Below, one piece after another: positions 1 through 12,446 of a stretch of 28,972 nucleotides of DNA. The DNA is taken from the NCBI GenBank assembly GCA_038153405.1, contig JAYOYH010000055.1:1-28972 (forward strand), written 5' to 3'. The notes under the pieces were generated by a model. It was not told the origin of the DNA. It worked only from the letters and a program-made list of their open reading frames with translations, and ran no database searches. Source of the DNA: Gemmatimonadota bacterium (lineage in GTDB: Bacteria; Latescibacterota; UBA2968; UBA8231). Within the stretch, counting starts at the first letter, position 1. Every line of letters begins with the position of its first letter. The translations under genes and the position numbers were made by a program.

Positions 1-53
<53 letters not shown>

Positions 54-139
54 AGATTTTCGGAAGCTTGCTTCCGACAACATCTACCTAGGTCAGTGCT
101 CTATTGGCCTAGGCCCTGTGCGCGTTATTTGATTTTCAA

Positions 140-216
<77 letters not shown>

Positions 217-225
217 TCAGGCAAT

Positions 226-237
226 TGATCTTTGACA
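226..237 (+). promoter_or_regulatory. Spacer boxA antitermination element
   Basis: TGATCTTTGACA resembles the boxA consensus TGCTCTTTAACA and sits at the usual position, just after the spacer tRNA. Confidence 0.7.
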
Positions 238-345
238 ATCGAATACAGTTCACACCACAAGTTTTGTCAGTTGTAAATAGTTCATCATTTATAACTTGCG
301 AACCTAAGTGATGCGATATCTCAAGTGTTGAAATAGCAATAGATT
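229..345 (+). other. 5' strand of the pre-23S (RNase III) processing stem
   Basis: TCTTTGACAATCGAATACAGTTCACACCA (from 229) is complementary to TGGTGTGAACTGTATTCGGTTGTTAAAGA (~3405-3433). AATAGCAATA (332-341) pairs with TATTGCTATT (3371-3380). Confidence 0.8.
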
Positions 346-348
346 TTT

Positions 349-3366
<3,018 letters not shown>

Positions 3367-3447
3367 ATTTTATTGCTATTCAATTCTCGAGTTAGCGTGT
3401 CACTTGGTGTGAACTGTATTCGGTTGTTAAAGACTTATACTGGATTT

Positions 3448-3564
3448 TTCCGGTGACCATAGCGGAGGGGTCACACCTCTTCCCATTCCGAACAGAGCCG
3501 TTAAGCCCTCCTGCGCCGATGGTACTGCTGGGGTCACCCGGTGGGAGAGTAGGACGTCGCCGGA
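3448..3564 (+). rRNA. rrf: 5S rRNA
   Basis: TCCGGTGACCATAGC...CCCATTCCGAAC...GCCGATGGTACT...GGGAGAGTAGGACGTCGCCGGA; termini are complementary; ~117 nt. Confidence 0.97.
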
Positions 3565-3572
3565 TTATTTTT

Positions 3573-3612
3573 AGCCGCCTGCCCAATTTTTTTGGGCGGG
3601 CGGTTTTTTTTT
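3573..3612 (+). terminator. Rho-independent terminator of the rRNA operon
   Basis: AGCCGCCTGCCCA-loop-TGGGCGGGCGGTT stem followed by a 9-T run. Confidence 0.9.
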
Positions 3613-3647
3613 GGTTTGGGCAAATTCGCCCTCGCGTTCGGCAACGC

Positions 3648-3676
3648 TTGACAATGGATAGGCACCGCAGTAAAAT
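3648..3676 (+). promoter_or_regulatory. Sigma70-type promoter of the EF-G2 gene
   Basis: TTGACA (3648-3653), 17-nt spacer, TAAAAT (3671-3676). RBS AAAGGAG at 3726-3732 precedes ATG 3741. Confidence 0.8.
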
Positions 3677-3740
3677 AACCGTCCCTTCGCAATTGTATCG
3701 ATCAGTTTGAAGCTCTTCCTATGGGAAAGGAGTTTCCATT

Positions 3741-5807
3741 ATGGCATACACCAGTGATCAAATCCGCAATATCGCGCTGTGTGGACATAGCGGGGCTGGC
3801 AAGACGGCCTTATCGGAGGCATTGGCTTTCAATATGGGTCTCGTCAATCGCTTGGGACGCGTCGAAGATGGAACTACGCTGTCCGATTACGATAGCGGTG
3901 AAATTGAGCGGCAAATTTCGCTAAAGATATCTCTGATAAACGGTCAGTGGCAGGATTGCAACTTCAATTTGATGGATACGCCGGGATACGCCGATTTCAT
4001 TCCCGAAGCTCAGGCCGCAATGCGCGTAGCAGATGGATCTATATCGGTTATTGACGCGACGACGGGTCCCGAAATTGGCACGGAGCGCACGTGGAATTTT
4101 GCCGTTCAGTACCGCTTGCCGCGCCTGTTATTCATTAATAAAACGGATCGTTTTGAAGGCGATGTTGATGAACTAGTAGAATCGCTGAGAGCGCGCTTTG
4201 GTCGGGAAGTCGTGACTTTGCAGATACCGGTGAATCCAGGCGAAGGCTTCAATCAAATCATCGACATAGTGGGAATGAAACTGCATGTATACACCGATGG
4301 AAAAAGGGTGGAAAGCGATATACCGGCGGATTGGCAGGACGCAGCAGCGAGTTTGCACGAGCAACTCGTAGAGTCTGTAGCCGAAACAGACGAAGAGCTA
4401 ATGGAAAAGTATTTCAGCGAGGGCGAACTGAGTCGCGGTGAGTTGATTGCGGGATTGAGCAAAGCCGTCAGACAGCAAGCCCTCTTTCCCACTTTTTTTG
4501 GCAATGCCTACGACAATGTCGGTGTAGACCTATTAATGCAGGGGGTCGTCGATTACGTCCCGTCGCCGTTAGAGGCGACCGGCCTCACCTACGAAAATAA
4601 AAGCGGCGAGTCGGTGGAAATGGCTACCGATGGGCCGTTGGCCGCGCTGGTGTTTAAGACGCTCGTCGAGCAACACGTGGGCGAATTGAGTCTGGTGCGC
4701 CTGTTTACAGGAACGCTGAAAAACGGCGACGAGGTGCAGAACAACAGTAGAAAACTCAACGAGCGCATCGGTCAGGTATACCACCTTTGCGGCAACAAAC
4801 GCACGGAAATAGAGGGTGCGCAGATGGGCGATATCATCGCTTTGGTCAAGCTAAAAGACACGCATACCGGCAATACGCTATGCGCCAAGGGCAGCGGCAT
4901 GCAACTGCCCGGCATTGACTACCCCGAACCGCTGATTCGCGTTGCGATCAGTGCCAAGGACAAGGGGGGAGAAGATCGCATGGCGACGGGGTTTGCCCAA
5001 TTGCACGAAGAAGATCCCAGCTTTATCATGCGCTACGACGGTGAAATACGCCAATCGCTTTTACAAGCACAGGGCGAATTGCACTTGGAGACTATCGTCA
5101 AGCGCCTGCGAGAGCGCTTTGGCGTAGAAGTGGACTTGGAATCGCCGCGCATTCCCTATCGCGAGACTGTCCGCGGCAATGCAGAGGGCAATTACCGACA
5201 TAAAAAGCAGTCGGGTGGCCGCGGCCAGTTTGGCGAGGTCGGGCTCAACATAAGCGCGCGGGGGCGCGGCGAGGGCTTTGGATTTGAGAGCAAGGTTGTC
5301 GGCGGCAATATTCCCAACAACTTTATTCCGGCCATAGAGAAGGGCATCGTCGAGACACTAGAAGTGGGGCCGGTAGCCGGCTACAACGTGATAGATGTAG
5401 GCGTTACGGTATTAGACGGCAAATACCACGCCGTCGACTCTGACGAAGTCTCGTTTAAAATAGCGGGTTCGAATGCGTTTAAAGATGCGTTTTTAAAGGC
5501 CAACCCCATCTTGTTGGAGCCGATTTACAGCCTGGAAATAACCGTGCCCGAAGAATATATGGGCGATGTGATGGGTGACCTGTCGTCGCGCCGCGGCCGC
5601 ATCAGCGGCATGGATGCCGAAGGGCACTTACAGGTTATTCACGCCGAAGCACCGTTGGCTGAGATCGATCGCTACGCCACCATTTTGCGCTCCATGACGC
5701 ACGGCAGGGGATTTCACGCGCAGAAATTTGAGCGATATGAAGAAGTTCCCGGCGATATAATGGCCAAGGTGATAGAAGCAGCCAAGAAGGAAAAGGAAGC
5801 GGCCTGA
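3741..5807 (+). CDS. fusA: Elongation factor G paralogue (EF-G2 type)
   Basis: 688 aa. G1 GHSGAGKT, switch I ERQISL, G3 DTPGY, G4 NKTD, domain IV KQSGGRGQFG and YHAVDS, domain V PILLEPI..GDVMGDLSSRRG. It lies outside an rpsL-rpsG-fusA-tuf operon. Confidence 0.95.
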   Translation: MAYTSDQIRNIALCGHSGAGKTALSEALAFNMGLVNRLGRVEDGTTLSDYDSGEIERQISLKISLINGQWQDCNFNLMDTPGYADFIPEAQAAMRVADGSISVIDATTGPEIGTERTWNFAVQYRLPRLLFINKTDRFEGDVDELVESLRARFGREVVTLQIPVNPGEGFNQIIDIVGMKLHVYTDGKRVESDIPADWQDAAASLHEQLVESVAETDEELMEKYFSEGELSRGELIAGLSKAVRQQALFPTFFGNAYDNVGVDLLMQGVVDYVPSPLEATGLTYENKSGESVEMATDGPLAALVFKTLVEQHVGELSLVRLFTGTLKNGDEVQNNSRKLNERIGQVYHLCGNKRTEIEGAQMGDIIALVKLKDTHTGNTLCAKGSGMQLPGIDYPEPLIRVAISAKDKGGEDRMATGFAQLHEEDPSFIMRYDGEIRQSLLQAQGELHLETIVKRLRERFGVEVDLESPRIPYRETVRGNAEGNYRHKKQSGGRGQFGEVGLNISARGRGEGFGFESKVVGGNIPNNFIPAIEKGIVETLEVGPVAGYNVIDVGVTVLDGKYHAVDSDEVSFKIAGSNAFKDAFLKANPILLEPIYSLEITVPEEYMGDVMGDLSSRRGRISGMDAEGHLQVIHAEAPLAEIDRYATILRSMTHGRGFHAQKFERYEEVPGDIMAKVIEAAKKEKEAA

Positions 5808-5839
5808 TGCGGTAGCAGCAGGTAATTCTCGTTATAATC

Positions 5840-5878
5840 GGGAGTGGTTGTACTGCGGGCAACCACTCCTTTTGTTTT
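5840..5878 (+). terminator. Rho-independent terminator after the EF-G2 gene
   Basis: GGGAGTGGTTG-loop-CAACCACTCCT followed by TTTGTTTT. Confidence 0.85.
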
Positions 5879-5981
5879 GTTGCTAAGCGCATATAGCTAT
5901 TTGATTTTTCTATGGTTTTAACTTTTCTTTGATTACAGATCTGTGCAAAAATAGCGGCCAATTCTGCCCAAGGAGCTTCCT

Positions 5982-6743
5982 ATGTCGGGCCACTCCAAAT
6001 GGAGTACAATCAAACGCAAAAAAGGTGCTAATGACGCCAAGCGCGGCAAGATTTTCACCAAGCTTATTCGCGAGATAACGGTAGCGGCGCGCGATGGGGG
6101 TGGAGACGAAAATGCCAATGTGCGCCTGCGTGCCGCGATACAAAATGCCAAGGCGGCCAATATGCCGCTGTCGACGATTGAGCGCGCCGTCAAGCGCGGC
6201 ATCGGCGAAGAAGAAGGTGCGGTGTATGAGGAGGGCCTTTTTGAAGGCTATGGACCCGGTGGCGTGGCCGTCATCGTCGAGACGCTGACCGACAACCGCA
6301 ACCGCACCGTATCGGAAGTGCGCCATGCCTTCACCAAATATAACGGCAATCTAGGCGAAAGTGGGTCGGTAGCGTGGATGTTTGAGCAGAAGGGCGTGCT
6401 GGAAGTAGCAAAAGAGCGAATCGGCGAAGACGATTTGCTGATGGCCGTCATGGATGCCGGTGCTGAAGATATTCAGGACGGCGATGAAGTACACGAGGTC
6501 GTCGCGCCCGTAGCCGACTTTGAAGCAGTAAAGAAAGCGCTGGAAGAGGGCGGAGTCGAATTTGGACAGGCTTCGTTGGCGTGGATGCCCAAAAGCGAAA
6601 ACGTCCTCGAAGTACAAGGCGATCAAGCCGAAAAAATCATTCGCTTGCTCGAGGCCTTAGAAGATTTAGATGACGTGCAAAAGGTGTACTCTAACTTTGA
6701 CCTTCAGGAAGACGCACTACAGCAGTTGATGGCGCAGGCCTGA
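5982..6743 (+). CDS. yebC: YebC/PmpR (TACO1) family protein
   Basis: N-terminus MSGHSKWSTIKRKKG, EGYGPGGVA, TDNRNRT, C-terminal LEDLDDVQKVYSN. RBS AAGGAG. Classic position upstream of ruvC. Confidence 0.97.
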   Translation: MSGHSKWSTIKRKKGANDAKRGKIFTKLIREITVAARDGGGDENANVRLRAAIQNAKAANMPLSTIERAVKRGIGEEEGAVYEEGLFEGYGPGGVAVIVETLTDNRNRTVSEVRHAFTKYNGNLGESGSVAWMFEQKGVLEVAKERIGEDDLLMAVMDAGAEDIQDGDEVHEVVAPVADFEAVKKALEEGGVEFGQASLAWMPKSENVLEVQGDQAEKIIRLLEALEDLDDVQKVYSNFDLQEDALQQLMAQA

Positions 6744-6768
6744 TGGCTCTGCCGCGCCGCTTGCGCAA

Positions 6769-7320
6769 GTGCGCACTGTGTTAGTCGTTGGCGTCGATCC
6801 CAGCAGCACGAGCACGGGATACGGAGTGATCGAGTATGGCAAGCGCCAATGCAGGTATATAGACTGCGGTTGCATTCGCCCCAAGTCGGGTCTTGCCTTT
6901 GAAGATCGCTTGGTCTTCATATACGACCGCATGCGAGAAGTGTTGCGCGAATTTGCTCCGCAAGAATCGGCAATCGAAAGTACATTCTTTGGCAAAGACG
7001 CCGATGCGGCCGCCAAACTTGGCCAGGCGCGCGGAGTGCTGCTGTTGGCCTTGCGGCAAGCGCATTTGCCCGTCGAACACTACACGCCTGCATCCGTTAA
7101 GAAGTCGATAGCTGGCAACGGTCGGGCCAGCAAAGAGCGAGTCCAATTTATGGTGGCGCGCCTGTTGGGATTGCGCGAACTGCCCGTGCCACTCGATGCG
7201 TCGGATGCGCTGGCCATCGCCCTCTGCCACCTGCGCCGTCCCGACGTGGCACTACAGGGAATGCAAAAGCAGCGCCGTCCCGAGGTCGAAGCGCTGCTCA
7301 AGCGCGTAGTGCGCCGCTAA
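6769..7320 (+). CDS. ruvC: Holliday junction resolvase RuvC (start GTG 6769 or GTG 6778)
   Basis: GVDP..TGYGVI, AIE, KLGQARG, YTP..VKK, A.KERV, DASDALAIALCH; the catalytic D/E/D/D residues are retained. Confidence 0.95.
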   Translation: MRTVLVVGVDPSSTSTGYGVIEYGKRQCRYIDCGCIRPKSGLAFEDRLVFIYDRMREVLREFAPQESAIESTFFGKDADAAAKLGQARGVLLLALRQAHLPVEHYTPASVKKSIAGNGRASKERVQFMVARLLGLRELPVPLDASDALAIALCHLRRPDVALQGMQKQRRPEVEALLKRVVRR

Positions 7321-7344
7321 TACACGCGTGAGCTCTCGTTGAAT

Positions 7345-7938
7345 ATGATTTCTTATTTGCGCGGAAAACTGGCTTTTAAAGCCCCCATGCAAGCCGTTGT
7401 AGACGTGGGCGGGGTCGGCTATGGCGTGTCGATCTCATTGGTTACATACGACCAACTGCCTCCACTAGAGGGCGACGTGCGACTCTTCACGCATATGCAC
7501 GTGCGTGAAGATCGCATGGAGCTCTTTGCCTTTGCCGACGAAAACGAGCGCGAAGTATTTGAGATGCTCATCGGCGTATCGGGTATAGGCCCCAGCTTGG
7601 CATTGACCATACTGTCCGGTATGTCGCTGCGCGACTTGCAGGAGGCCATCGCCAACGAGCGCGTGAGCGAGTTGACGAACATAAAGGGCATAGGTAAGCG
7701 CACGGCAGAACGCTTGGTGCTCGATTTGCGCGACAAAATTAGCGTGAGCGCGCCGGCTGCAGGAGGTGATGGAGGAGGCGCCAGCGGTTCGTCGACGAGT
7801 GAAGAGGCCGTAATGGCGCTTATGGCGCTGGGCATGTCTCCTTCCGATGCGCGTCAAGCCGTGCGCAAAGCGAACGAACGACACGGAGCGGATTTGACCG
7901 TCCAGCAGTTGATTAAGTTTGCCCTCAAGGAGCGCTAG
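7345..7938 (+). CDS. ruvA: Holliday junction branch-migration protein RuvA
   Basis: MISYLRG start at ATG 7345, GGVGY, HVRED, HhH motifs VSGIGP and IKGIGKRTAER, C-terminal domain ALMALG. Confidence 0.97.
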   Translation: MISYLRGKLAFKAPMQAVVDVGGVGYGVSISLVTYDQLPPLEGDVRLFTHMHVREDRMELFAFADENEREVFEMLIGVSGIGPSLALTILSGMSLRDLQEAIANERVSELTNIKGIGKRTAERLVLDLRDKISVSAPAAGGDGGGASGSSTSEEAVMALMALGMSPSDARQAVRKANERHGADLTVQQLIKFALKER

Positions 7939-7955
7939 CGGCGCATGCTATTGTC

Positions 7956-8984
7956 ATGGTAGATCGTCCCATTGATTCTGAAGCCGACGGCGAGGAACGG
8001 GAGTTTGATACGACGCTGCGCCCGACATCGCTCAAGGAGATGCTGGGGCAGGAAAAGACCAAGAAGCAGCTGCGCATCGCCATAGAAGCGGCCAAACAGC
8101 GCTCCGAGGCCATGGATCACGTGTTGCTGCACGGACCACCCGGTCTCGGCAAAACCACGCTGGCCCACGTTGTAGCGCACGAACTCGGCGTCGATATCCA
8201 CGAAACGTCAGGTCCTTTGCTCGATCGCCCGACCGATTTGGCCGGCATCTTGACCGCGTTGGGAGCCAGAGATGTGCTGTTCATAGACGAGGTACACCGG
8301 GTCAACCGCGTCGTCGAAGAATACCTCTACTCGGCGATGGAGGACTACAAAATCGACATCATGATCGATCAGGGGCCGGCTGCCCGTTCGGTTAGCGTGC
8401 CGCTCGAACCGTTTACGTTGATTGGAGCAACTACGCGGCAGGGGCTGCTCACTTCGCCGATGCGCGCGCGTTTTGGCATATCGGCTCATTTGGACTATTA
8501 CGCCGTAGAAGAGCTGGCTCAGATCGTTAGCCGCGATGCGCGCCTGCTTGGTTTTCCCCTTGATGAGGGCGGTGCATTGGAAGTGGCGCGCCGCTCGCGC
8601 GGCACGGCGCGCATTGCCAAGCGCTGGCTGCGCCGCGCGCGCGACTATGCTCAGGTGGAGGGGTCGGGCGTCGTCGACGCCGATATTGTTGAAGAGGCGC
8701 TGAGCGTGCACAACGTCGATCGAGTGGGTCTCGACGAGATGGACTTGAACCTGCTGCGGGCCATCATTGAGAAATTCAACGGTGGTCCAGTGGGGTTGAG
8801 TAATCTGGCGGCCGTAATTGGCGAAGAGGAAGAGACGCTTGAAGAGGTTGTCGAACCGTACCTGATAAAAGAAGGCTTCGTCAAGCGGACGCCGCGCGGG
8901 CGCGTAGTCATGCCGCGCGCCTACCAGCACCTCGGCATAGATGTGCCGACGTCTGCGAAAAATGCGCAACTGGGACTGCTTTGA
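7956..8984 (+). CDS. ruvB: Holliday junction branch-migration ATPase RuvB
   Basis: LRP..GQ, Walker A GPPGLGKT, Walker B LFIDEVHR, YSAMED, FTLIGATTR, SRGT.R, GGPVGL, EPYL..RTPRGR. Confidence 0.98.
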   Translation: MVDRPIDSEADGEEREFDTTLRPTSLKEMLGQEKTKKQLRIAIEAAKQRSEAMDHVLLHGPPGLGKTTLAHVVAHELGVDIHETSGPLLDRPTDLAGILTALGARDVLFIDEVHRVNRVVEEYLYSAMEDYKIDIMIDQGPAARSVSVPLEPFTLIGATTRQGLLTSPMRARFGISAHLDYYAVEELAQIVSRDARLLGFPLDEGGALEVARRSRGTARIAKRWLRRARDYAQVEGSGVVDADIVEEALSVHNVDRVGLDEMDLNLLRAIIEKFNGGPVGLSNLAAVIGEEEETLEEVVEPYLIKEGFVKRTPRGRVVMPRAYQHLGIDVPTSAKNAQLGLL

Positions 8985-9664
8985 TACTCGGTATAGACAC
9001 ATCTACGCAGGTGGGCAGCGTCGCGCTGGTAGCGCACGGGCGGGTGGCCGTTAGCCGCTATTTTGATATCGGCTTGCAGCACTCGCAGCAGCTCTTTGCG
9101 GAAATAGAACACGCCTGCAGCATGGCCGATTGCTCTATTGCAGACCTTGTAGCCATTGGCGTTACCACTGGCCCTGGCTCTTTTACGGGCGTTCGCATTG
9201 GCTTGGCGGCGGCCAAGGGCCTGTGTCTGGTCGACGACAAGCCGCTCGTGGCCGTTTCGACGCTGGCGGCACTGGCCGCTGGCCTGCCCTGCGTGAGCGA
9301 ACCCGTTTGTGCGCTGCTCGATGCGCGCAAAGAGCAGGTATATGCGGGTTTGTACGACAATACCGGCGGGTTACCCGTTGAGTTGGTTGCGCCTCGGGCG
9401 ATCGATCCGCGCGCCTTGGTTGCCGAGCGTGCGGGACAGCGCACGCTCTATATCGGCGATGGGGCCGATGCATACTCGGCCTTAATAGAGGCCACGCCCG
9501 GTGCTCGTCGCGTGCCGTTTCACTGTGCCCGGCCGCATGCGGCAGCGGTTGGCGCGCTGGCTTGGGAACTGTTCGAACGGGGGAAAGTGGCCGATCTGGA
9601 TGCGATCGAGCCCGACTATCTGCGCGCTCCCGATGCAACTATTTCCGCAAAAAAACTACTTTGA
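8981..9664 (+). CDS. tsaB: tRNA t6A37 biosynthesis protein TsaB (YeaZ)
   Basis: ILGIDTST, HS, GPGSFTGVRIG, LDARK.QVY, P.Y.R. The TTG start overlaps the ruvB stop. Confidence 0.95.
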   Translation: MILGIDTSTQVGSVALVAHGRVAVSRYFDIGLQHSQQLFAEIEHACSMADCSIADLVAIGVTTGPGSFTGVRIGLAAAKGLCLVDDKPLVAVSTLAALAAGLPCVSEPVCALLDARKEQVYAGLYDNTGGLPVELVAPRAIDPRALVAERAGQRTLYIGDGADAYSALIEATPGARRVPFHCARPHAAAVGALAWELFERGKVADLDAIEPDYLRAPDATISAKKLL

Positions 9665-9680
9665 GGTAGGTCGCTAACCG

Positions 9681-10130
9681 GTGCAACCGACGTGGTCGTT
9701 TGTTCACCTAGAACAGTCCTATTTGACCGCCGTCAGCCAGGTTGAATGCGACTCGTTTGTCCAGCCCTGGCCCACCGACTATTTTCGCACGGTGCTGTCT
9801 AACGAGTGCGCGCTGTGCATTGGCGCCGTTGCTCGAGATGAACTGGTGGCCTATGCACTCGGTCACATAGAAGGGCGCGGCTTTCACCTGTCTAGCATGG
9901 CCGTCGCGCCATCCAGTCGCCGCCGTGGCATAGGGGAAGCCTTGCTGCGCTACGCGCTTGGCGAAGCTGGACTGCGCGGGTGTGCAACGTGCACCCTAGA
10001 AGTGCGCGCTGGCAATGCGGCGGCGTTGGCCCTGTATTGGAAACTGGGATTTACACAGCAAAAAAGGATGGAACACTACTACGACGAACCGTGCGAGGAT
10101 GGACTTGAACTCGCGCTGTGTCTGACGTAG
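9681..10130 (+). CDS. rimI: RimI-like GNAT N-acetyltransferase
   Basis: E..SF..PW, AVAPSSRRRGIG (acetyl-CoA motif), LEVRAGN.AA.ALY.KLGF..R..YY. The tsaB-rimI adjacency is common. Confidence 0.85.
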   Translation: MQPTWSFVHLEQSYLTAVSQVECDSFVQPWPTDYFRTVLSNECALCIGAVARDELVAYALGHIEGRGFHLSSMAVAPSSRRRGIGEALLRYALGEAGLRGCATCTLEVRAGNAAALALYWKLGFTQQKRMEHYYDEPCEDGLELALCLT

Positions 10131-10135
10131 AATTG

Positions 10136-10164
10136 TTGTCAATAGTGTCTTAATTTATTATGCT
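10136..10164 (+). promoter_or_regulatory. Sigma70-type promoter upstream of the ABC ATPase
   Basis: TTGTCA (10136-10141), 17-nt spacer, TATGCT (10159-10164) in an AT-rich gap. Confidence 0.6.
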
Positions 10165-10217
10165 CTTTTGGGCAAAATAGACGCGTATTTCACACTAACG
10201 GAAGCGGGAGAGGCGCG

Positions 10218-11321
10218 ATGGCCGAGGTCATTCTCAAAAGTGTGCGCAAGGTATACGATAAAGACGTCGTGGCGGTGGACGATGCGAATATCGAGATCAA
10301 AGATAAGGAATTCGTCGTCCTCGTCGGTCCTTCGGGCTGTGGAAAGTCCACGACGCTGCGCATGATCGCCGGTTTAGAAGAAATAAGCGCGGGCGAGATT
10401 TATATAGACGGCACGTTGGTTAACGACATACCGCCGAAAGATCGCGATATCGCCATGGTCTTCCAGAACTACGCGCTCTATCCGCACATGACGGTGTACC
10501 AGAATATGGCTTTCGGGCTCAAGCTGCGGAAATATCCCAAGGATGAGATCGATGCGCGCGTGCAAGAAGCCGCCGATATCCTCGGTATTCAGGAGCTGCT
10601 CGAGCGCAAGCCCAAGGCCCTATCGGGCGGTCAGCGTCAGCGCGTAGCCGTTGGTCGCGCCATCGTGCGCAAGCCCAAGGTATTTCTCTTTGACGAACCG
10701 CTGTCCAACCTCGATGCCAAACTGCGCGTCCAGATGCGCGCCGAAATCAGCAAATTGCACACGCGGCTCGAGGCGACGATGATTTACGTGACGCACGATC
10801 AGACTGAGGCCATGACCATGGGCGACCGCATTGTCGTTATGAAAGATGGCAAGGTTCAGCAGATCGATGCGCCTCTCAGCCTGTACAACGAACCTGTTAA
10901 TCAATTCGTGGCCGGGTTTATCGGCAGCCCTTCGATGAATTTTATTCGCGGTAAACTGGTCGCCAACGGAAGCGGTTTGGTATTTGACGAGGGGCATATC
11001 AAGATTGCTCTCCCCGCCAGCTATACCGACAGGTTAAATGGTCATGCGGACCGAGAGATTATCATGGGTATTCGCCCCGAAGATATTCACGATCCCGACA
11101 CGATGGCGCGCGATGTCGACACGGTAGAAATCGAGGCCAAAGTCGAGGTCGTCGAACCGATGGGCAACGAAGTCTTCCTCAACCTTACAACGGGCAAGTC
11201 GGCCTTTGTTGCGCGCATAGATCCGCGCCACATGCCGGAAGTTGAGCAGACAGTAAAACTGGCGGTAGAAGTCGACAAGGCCCACTTCTTCGACTTGGAC
11301 GACGAGACGAGTCTGGTTTAA
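10218..11321 (+). CDS. Carbohydrate ABC transporter ATP-binding subunit (MalK/UgpC/MsmX family)
   Basis: GPSGCGKST, AMVFQNYALYPHM, LSGGQRQR, FLFDEPLSNLD, YVTHDQ, FVAGFIGSP, C-terminal TOBE/OB region GIRPED..VEPMG. Confidence 0.95.
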   Translation: MAEVILKSVRKVYDKDVVAVDDANIEIKDKEFVVLVGPSGCGKSTTLRMIAGLEEISAGEIYIDGTLVNDIPPKDRDIAMVFQNYALYPHMTVYQNMAFGLKLRKYPKDEIDARVQEAADILGIQELLERKPKALSGGQRQRVAVGRAIVRKPKVFLFDEPLSNLDAKLRVQMRAEISKLHTRLEATMIYVTHDQTEAMTMGDRIVVMKDGKVQQIDAPLSLYNEPVNQFVAGFIGSPSMNFIRGKLVANGSGLVFDEGHIKIALPASYTDRLNGHADREIIMGIRPEDIHDPDTMARDVDTVEIEAKVEVVEPMGNEVFLNLTTGKSAFVARIDPRHMPEVEQTVKLAVEVDKAHFFDLDDETSLV

Positions 11322-11375
11322 GTCCGTCTACTGACCTGCCAAAGGGCAGTGCGGCATTGAGGAGGGGGTAGTCCT

Positions 11376-12446
11376 TTGGCTTTTGAATCCGTCGTCGGTC
11401 AAGAACGCGCCCGAGCGATTGCCGAGGCTTGGCTTCGCTCTGGGCGCATTCCCCACGCCATCTTGTTGTGCGGCCCTGAAGGTGTGGGCAAGCGCCAGTT
11501 TGCCCTGACATTGGCCGGTTCGTTGCTGTGTGCAGCACAGGGCGAAGTGGCCTGCGGCACGTGCTCGTCGTGCCGCAAGATGGCAAGCGGTTCTCATCCA
11601 GATCTTCACTTTCTCTTGCCCTTGCGCGCCCAGCGCGGGCGCAAGTCACTCGATCCACAGGAAATACGCGCGGCGGCGCAAGACTATCTGAGCGGGGGTG
11701 AGCTCGGTGGGCAGACCAATATTGCCATAGAGCAGCTCCGCCAGATGCAGCGCGATCTGAGCTATGCCCCCAGCGCCGGCAGGCGCAAAGTCGCGGTGAT
11801 TCTTGCTGCCGAACGCATGCATCCGGCCGGCGCCAATTCGCTGCTAAAAGTTTTAGAGGAACCACTCGCCGACTCCCTTTTGATACTGGTGTCTTCCACG
11901 CCTGAACGCATTCTGCCGACGGTGCTGTCGCGCTGTCAGCGCTTGACCCTGCGTCCGCTTAGCGCGCAGGTCGTGCGCGCACAGTTAGAGGCTATGCACG
12001 TAACTGGGCAAGCGTTGGAATTGGGCGTGCGCCTGGGAGGGGGCAGCGTGCAGCGCGCCCGCGCCGCTGCAACGGGGGCATGGGACGAAAGCCGCGATCG
12101 AGTCGAGCAGTTTATCGAGGCGGGACTGCGCTGCCGGGACGAGGTATACTGGGACACGGTGGAAGAACTGGCCGGTGACCGCTCGCTGCAAGACCAGTTT
12201 TTGGAACTATGCGCGCTGTACCTGCGCGATTTTTTTCTATTGCACCACGCGCGGGATGGTTTTGGTGCGATGGTTGACCGCAGCGCGTACTTCGCACAGT
12301 TGGGCACTGCGCTGTGTGGCGATCACATCGAGCGCGCCATGTTGGAGGTCGATCGCGCCGCCGAGGCATTGGAGCGCAACGCCAGTCTTCAACTGGTGTT
12401 AAGCGATCTGTGGCGCTGTTTGCGACGCGCCGGGCGCGCCGCGTAA
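11376..12446 (+). CDS. holB: DNA polymerase III delta' subunit (clamp loader)
   Basis: F..VVGQ, PHA.LL.GPEGVGK, Zn site C..CGTCSSC, HPD, ANSLLKVLEEP, ILPTVLSRCQ. TTG start after RBS GAGGAGG. Confidence 0.92.
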   Translation: MAFESVVGQERARAIAEAWLRSGRIPHAILLCGPEGVGKRQFALTLAGSLLCAAQGEVACGTCSSCRKMASGSHPDLHFLLPLRAQRGRKSLDPQEIRAAAQDYLSGGELGGQTNIAIEQLRQMQRDLSYAPSAGRRKVAVILAAERMHPAGANSLLKVLEEPLADSLLILVSSTPERILPTVLSRCQRLTLRPLSAQVVRAQLEAMHVTGQALELGVRLGGGSVQRARAAATGAWDESRDRVEQFIEAGLRCRDEVYWDTVEELAGDRSLQDQFLELCALYLRDFFLLHHARDGFGAMVDRSAYFAQLGTALCGDHIERAMLEVDRAAEALERNASLQLVLSDLWRCLRRAGRAA

